Shown here: piece after piece, positions 57,201 to 64,000 of the stretch
How the letters are laid out: every line of letters begins with the position of its first letter
Numbering within the stretch: the stretch's first letter is position 1
Translations under genes and position numbers: made by a program
The notes under the pieces: generated by a model
Database searches by the model: none
What the model was told of the DNA's origin: nothing
The model's input: the letters and a program-made list of their open reading frames with translations, nothing else
Source of the DNA: Auanema rhodensis
Taxonomy: Eukaryota; Animalia; Nematoda
Assembly (NCBI GenBank): GCA_964057225.1
Contig: CAXKVF010000099.1
Span: forward strand, 1 to 64,000
Direction: 5' to 3'
DNA length: 64,000 bases

Positions 57201-60200
57201 GACATGGGGAATCTAATTTTGAAAACCGCATCTCTTTATCTTTCACGTGAAGCGAGTTACATACCAAGTGCACATCACGTGTACATTTAATTAGCATAAA
57301 TTAAAGTTCACGTAAATTTCAAAGTCATGGTTACCATGAACCAATATCAATAAAAATTTGTTTTTAGACTAATATGGACATGGGGAATCTAATTTTGAAA
57401 ACCGCATCTCTTTATCTTTCACGTGAAGCGAGTTACATACCAAGTGCACATCACGTGTACATTTAATTAGCATAAATTAAAGTTCACGTAAATTTCAAAG
57501 TCATGGTTACCATGAACCAATATCACTAAAAATTTGTTTTTAAACTAATATGGACATGGGGAATCTAATTTTGAAAACCGCATCTCTTTATCTTTCACGT
57601 GAAGCGAGTTACATACCAAGTGCACATCACGTGTACATTTAATTAGCATAAATTAAAGTTCACGTAAACTTCAAAGTCATGGTTACCATGAAGCAATATC
57701 AATAAAAATTTGTTTTTAGACTAATATGGACATGGGGAATCTAATTTTGAAAACCGCATCTCTTTATCTTTCACGTGAAGCGAGTTACATACCAAGTGCA
57801 CATCACGTGTACATTTAATTAGCATAAATTAAAGTTCACGTAAATTTCAAAGTCATGGTTACCATGAACCAATATCAATAAAAATTTGTTTTTAGACTAA
57901 TATGGACATGGGGAATCTAATTTTGAAAACCGCATCTCTTTATCTTTCACGTGAAGCGAGTTACATACCAAGTGCACATCACGTGTACATTTAATTAGCA
58001 TAAATTAAAGTTCACGTAAATTTCAAAGTCATGGTTACCATGAACCAATATCAATAAAAATTTGTTTTTAGACTAATATGGACATGGGGAATCTAATTTT
58101 GAAAACCGCATCTCTTTATCTTTCACGTGAAGCGAGTTACATACCAAGTGCACATCACGTGTACATTTAATTAGCATAAATTAAAGTTCACGTAAATTTC
58201 AAAGTCATGGTTACCATGAAGCAATATCAATAAAAATTTGTTTTTAGACTAATATGGACATGGGGAATCTAATTTTGAAAACCGCATCTCTTTATCTTTC
58301 ACGTGAAGCGAGTTACATACCAAGTGCACATCACGTGTACATTTAATTAGCATGAATTAAAGTTCACGTAAATTTCAAAGTCATGGTTACCATGCACCAA
58401 TATCAATAAAAATTTGTTTTTAGACTAATATGGACATGGGGAATATAATTTTGAAAACCGCATCTCTTTATCTTTCACGTGAAGCGAGTTACATACCAAG
58501 TGCACATCACGTGTACATTTAATTAGCATAAATTAAAGTTCACGTAAATTTCAAAGTCATGGTTACCATGAACCAATATCAATAAAAATTTGTTTTTAGA
58601 CTAATATGGACATGGGGAATCTAATTTTGAAAACCGCATCTCTTTATCTTTCACGTGAAGCGAGTTACATACCAAGTGCACATCACGTGTACATTTAATT
58701 AGCATAAATTAAAGTTCACGTAAATTTCAAAGTCATGGTTACCATGAAGCAATATCAATAAAAATTTGTTTTTAGACTAATATGGACATGGGGAATCTAA
58801 TTTTGAAAACCGCATCTCTTTATCTTTCACGTGAAGCGAGTTACATACCAAGTGCACATCACGTGTACATTTAATTAGCATAAATTAAAGTTCACGTAAA
58901 TTTCAAAGTCATGGTTACCATGCACCAATATCAATAAAAATTTGTTTTTAGACTAATATGGACATGAGGAATCTAATTTTGAAAACCGCATCTCTTTATC
59001 TTTCACGTGAAGCGAGTTACATACCAAGTGCACATCACGTGTACATTTAATTAGCATAAATTAAAGTTCACGTAAATTTCAAAGTCATGGTTACCATGAA
59101 CCAATATCAATAAAAATTTGTTTTTAGACTAATATGGACAAGGGGAATCTAATTTTGAGAACCGCATCTCTTTATCTTTCACGTGAAGCGAGTTACATAC
59201 CAAGTGCACATCACGTGTACATTTAATTAGCATAAATTAAAGTTCACGTAAATTTCAAAGTCATGGTTACCATGAACCAATATCAATAAAAATTTGTTTT
59301 TAGACTAATATGGACATGGGGAATCTAATTTTGAAAACCGCATCTCTTCATCTTTCACGTGAAGCGAGTTACATACCAAGTGCACATCACGTGTACATTT
59401 AATTAGCATAAATTAAAGTTCACGTAAACTTCAAAGTCATGGTTACCATGAAGCAATATCAATGAAAATTTGTTTTTAGACTAATATGGACATGGGGAAT
59501 CTAATTTTGAAAACCGCATATCTTTATCTTTCACGTGAAGCGAGTTACATACCAAGTGCACATCACGTGTACATTTAATTAGCATAAATTAAAGTTCACG
59601 TAAACTTCAAAGTCATGGTTACCATGAAGCAATATCAATAAAAATTTGTTTTTAGACTAATATGGACATGGGGAATCTAATTTTGAAAACCGCATCTCTT
59701 TATCTTTCACGTGAAGCGAGTTACATACCAAGTGCACATCACGTGTACATTTAATTAGCATAAATTAAAGTTCACGTAAATTTCAAAGTCATGGTTACCA
59801 TGAACCAATATCAATAAAAATTTGTTTTTAGACTAATATGGACATGGGGAATCTAATTTTGAAAACCGCATCTCTTTATCTTTCACGTGAAGCGAGTTAC
59901 ATACCAAGTGCACATCACGTGTACATTTAATTAACATAAATTGAAGTTCACGTAAATTTCAAAGTCATGGTTACCATGCACCAATATCAATAAAAATTTG
60001 TTTTTAGACTAATATGGACATGGGGAATCTAATTTTGAAAACCGCATATCTTTATCTTTCACGTGAAGCGAGTTACATACCAAGTGCACATCACGTGTAC
60101 ATTTAATTAGCATAAATTAAAGTTCACGTAAATTTCAAAGTCATGGTTACCATGAACCAATATCAATAAAAATTTGTTTTTAGACTAATATGGACATGGG

Positions 60201-61247
60201 GAATCTAATTTTGAAAACCGCATCTCTTCATCTTTCACGTGAAGCGAGTTACATACCAAGTGCACATCACGTGTACATTTAATTAGCATAAATTAAAGTT
60301 CACGTAAACTTCAAAGTCATGGTTACCATGAAGCAATATCAATAAAAATTTGTTTTTAGACTAATATGGACATGGGGAATCTAATTTTGAAAACCGCACC
60401 TCTTTATCTTTCACGTGAAGCGAGTTACATACCAAGTGCACATCACGTGTACATTTAATTAGCATAAATTAAAGTTCACGTAAATTTCAAAGTCATGGTT
60501 ACCATGAACCAATATCAATAAAAATTTGTTTTTAGACTAATATGGACATGGGGAATCTAATTTTGAAAACCGCATCTCTTTATCTTTCACGTGAAGCGAG
60601 TTACATACCAAGTGCACATCACGTGTACATTTAATTAACATAAATTGAAGTTCACGTAAATTTCAAAGTCATGGTTACCATGCACCAATATCAATAAAAA
60701 TTTGTTTTTAGACTAATATGGACATGGGGAATCTAATTTTGAAAACCGCATCTCTTTATCTTTCACGTGAAGCGAGTTACATACCAAGTGCACATCACGT
60801 GTACATTTAATTAGCATAAATTAAAGTTCACGTAAATTTCAAAGTCATGGTTACCATGAACCAATATCAATAAAAATTTGTTTTTAGACTAATATGGACA
60901 TGGGGAATCTAATTTTGAAAACCGCATCTCTTTATCTTTCACGTGAAGCGGGTTACATACCAAGTGCACATCACGTGTACATTTAATTAGCATAAATTAA
61001 AGTTCACGTAAACTTCAAAGTCATGGTTACCATGCACCAATATCAATAAAAATTTGTTTTTAGACTAATATGGACATGGGGAATCTAATTTTGAAAACCG
61101 CATCTCTTTATCTTTCACGTGAAGCGAGTTACATACCAAGTGCACATCACGTGTACATTTAATTAGCATAAATTAAAGTTCACGTAAATTTCAAAGTCAT
61201 GGTTACCATGAACCAATATCAATAAAAATTTGTTTTTAGACTAATAT

Positions 61248-62303
61248 GGACATGGGGAATCTAATTTTGAAAACCGCATCTCTTTATCTTTCACGTGAAG
61301 CGAGTTACATACCAAGTGCACATCACGTGTACATTTAATTAGCATAAATTAAAGTTCACGTAAATTTCAAAGTCATGGTTACCATGCACCAATATCAATA
61401 AAAATTTGTTTTTAGACTAATATGGACATGGGGAATCTAATTTTGAAAACCGCATCTCTTTATCTTTCACGTGAAGCGAGTTACATACCGAGTGCACATC
61501 ACGTGTACATTTAATTAGCATAAATTAGTGTTCACGTAAATTTCAAAGTCATGGTTACCATGAACCAATATCAATAAAAATTTGTTTTTAGACTAATATG
61601 GACATGGGGAATCTAATTTTGAAAACCGCATCTCTTTATCTTTCACGTGAAGCGAGTTACATACCAAGTGCACATCACGTGTACATTTAATTAGCATAAA
61701 TTAAAGTTCACGTAAATTTCAAAGTCATGGTTACCATGCACCAATATCAATAAAAATTTGTTTTTAGACTAATATGGACATGGGGAATCTAATTTTGAAA
61801 ACCGCATCTCTTTATCTTTCACGTGAAGCGAGTTACATACCGAGTGCACATCACGTGTACATTTAATTAGCATAAATTAGTGTTCACGTAAATTTCAAAG
61901 TCATGGTTACCATGAACCAATATCAATAAAAATTTGTTTTTAGACTAATATGGACATGGGGAATCTAATTTTGAAAACCGCATCTCTTTATCTTTCACGT
62001 GAAGCGAGTTACATACCAAGTGCACATCACGTGTACATTTAATTAGCATAAATTAAAGTTCACGTAAATTTCAAAGTCATGGTTACCATGCACCAATATC
62101 AATAAAAATTTGTTTTTAGACTAATATGGACATGGGGAATCTAATTTTGAAAACCGCATCTCTTTATCTTTCACGTGAAGCGAGTTACATACCGAGTGCA
62201 CATCACGTGTACATTTAATTAGCATAAATTAGTGTTCACGTAAATTTCAAAGTCATGGTTACCATGAACCAATATCAATAAAAATTTGTTTTTAGACTAA
62301 TAT
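61248..62303 (+). repeat. Dimer (352 bp) repeated three times
   Basis: A140C monomer followed by A67G+AA105GT monomer; the latter start at 61424, 61776 and 62128. Confidence 0.85.
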
Positions 62304-64000
62304 GGACATGGGGAATCTAATTTTGAAAACCGCATCTCTTTATCTTTCACGTGAAGCGAGTTACATACCAAGTGCACATCACGTGTACATTTAATTAGCA
62401 TAAATTAAAGTTCACGTAAATTTCAAAGTCATGGTTACCATGAAGCAATATCAATAAAAATTTGTTTTTAGACTAATATGGACATGGGGAATCTAATTTT
62501 GAAAACCGCATTTCTTTATTTTTCACGTGAAGCGAGTTACATACCAAGTGCACATCACGTGTACATTTAATTAGCATAAATTAAAGTTCACGTAAATTTC
62601 AAAGTCATGGTTACCATGCACCAATATCAATAAAAATTTGTTTTTAGACTAATATGGACATGGGGAATCTAATTTTGAAAACCGCATCTCTTTATCTTTC
62701 ACGTGAAGCGAGTTACATACCAAGTGCACATCACGTGTACATTTAATTAGCATAAATTAAAGTTCACGTAAATTTCAAAGTCATGGTTACCATGAACCAA
62801 TATCAATAAAAATTTGTTTTTAGACTAATATGGACATGGGGAATCTAATTTTGAAAACCGCATCTCTTTATCTTTCACGTGAAGCGAGTTACATACCAAG
62901 TGCACATCACGTGTACATTTAATTAGCATAAATTAAAGTTCACGTAAATTTCAAAGTCATGGTTACCATGAACCAATATCACTAAAAATTTGTTTTTAAA
63001 CTAATATGGACATGGGGAATCTAATTTTGAAAACCGCATCTCTTTATCTTTCACGTGAAGCGAGTTACATACCAAGTGCACATCACGTGTACATTTAATT
63101 AGCATAAATTAAAGTTCACGTAAACTTCAAAGTCATGGTTACCATGAAGCAATATCAATAAAAATTTGTTTTTAGACTAATATGGACATGGGGAATCTAA
63201 TTTTGAAAACCGCATCTCTTTATCTTTCACGTGAAGCGAGTTACATACCAAGTGCACATCACGTGTACATTTAATTAGCATAAATTAAAGTTCACGTAAA
63301 TTTCAAAGTCATGGTTACCATGAACCAATATCAATAAAAATTTGTTTTTAGACTAATATGGACATGGGGAATCTAATTTTGAAAACCGCATCTCTTTATC
63401 TTTCACGTGAAGCGAGTTACATACCAAGTGCACATCACGTGTACATTTAATTAGCATAAATTAAAGTTCACGTAAATTTCAAAGTCATGGTTACCATGAA
63501 CCAATATCAATAAAAATTTGTTTTTAGACTAATATGGACATGGGGAATCTAATTTTGAAAACCGCATCTCTTTATCTTTCACGTGAAGCGAGTTACATAC
63601 CAAGTGCACATCACGTGTACATTTAATTAGCATAAATTAAAGTTCACGTAAATTTCAAAGTCATGGTTACCATGAAGCAATATCAATAAAAATTTGTTTT
63701 TAGACTAATATGGACATGGGGAATCTAATTTTGAAAACCGCATCTCTTTATCTTTCACGTGAAGCGAGTTACATACCAAGTGCACATCACGTGTACATTT
63801 AATTAGCATGAATTAAAGTTCACGTAAATTTCAAAGTCATGGTTACCATGCACCAATATCAATAAAAATTTGTTTTTAGACTAATATGGACATGGGGAAT
63901 ATAATTTTGAAAACCGCATCTCTTTATCTTTCACGTGAAGCGAGTTACATACCAAGTGCACATCACGTGTACATTTAATTAGCATAAATTAAAGTTCACG

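Larger units (their letters stand above)
1..64000. repeat. Tandem satellite DNA array, 176-bp monomer, ~363.6 copies, head-to-tail; probable centromeric/pericentromeric satellite
   Basis: GGACATGGGG recurs at 1, 177, 353 and so on. After a 1-bp deletion in the copy at 1057, starts fall on multiples of 176 (1232, 2640, ... 63360, 63888). No interruption or inversion seen. The centromeric assignment is inferred from unit length, homogeneity and array size. Confidence 0.99.

Noticed and set aside
1-64000. CRISPR array or other repeat-spacer system
   Set aside because: Monomers abut directly and are near-identical along their whole length; there are no unique spacers, leader or cas genes.
1-64000. 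A single fixed-period HOR or a coded message in the variant string
   Set aside because: Observed periods vary (2, 4, 5, 6, 7, 8, 9, 10, 13, 17, 27-37, 77 monomers) and are explained by local duplication and recombination.

Overview
The whole 64 kb window is one uninterrupted head-to-tail array of a 176-bp AT-rich satellite (~32% GC by my count of monomer 1). It holds 363 full monomers plus a 113-bp partial copy, all in the same orientation. Consensus (1..176): GGACATGGGGAATCTAATTTTGAAAACCGCATCTCTTTATCTTTCACGTGAAGCGAGTTACATACCAAGTGCACATCACGTGTACATTTAATTAGCATAAATTAAAGTTCACGTAAATTTCAAAGTCATGGTTACCATGAACCAATATCAATAAAAATTTGTTTTTAGACTAATAT. Copies are near-identical, with 0-5 substitutions each, and I saw only one indel (1 bp, ~1074-1076). 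From 1232 onward, monomers start at exact multiples of 176. There are no genes, RNA genes, transposons or CRISPR spacers, and the single ORF is a chance stop-codon loss. The architecture fits a eukaryotic centromeric or pericentromeric satellite, but I cannot name the family or organism. I found no novel coding system. The informative structure lies in two places: (i) the dyad- and E-box-rich monomer, whose two apparently invariant cores coincide with motif-like elements; and (ii) SNP haplotypes that reveal regional sub-arrays, nested higher-order duplications of 2-10 monomers and mappable recombination junctions. Variants are named by monomer offset (e.g. A140C). They were read by eye, so some may have been missed.
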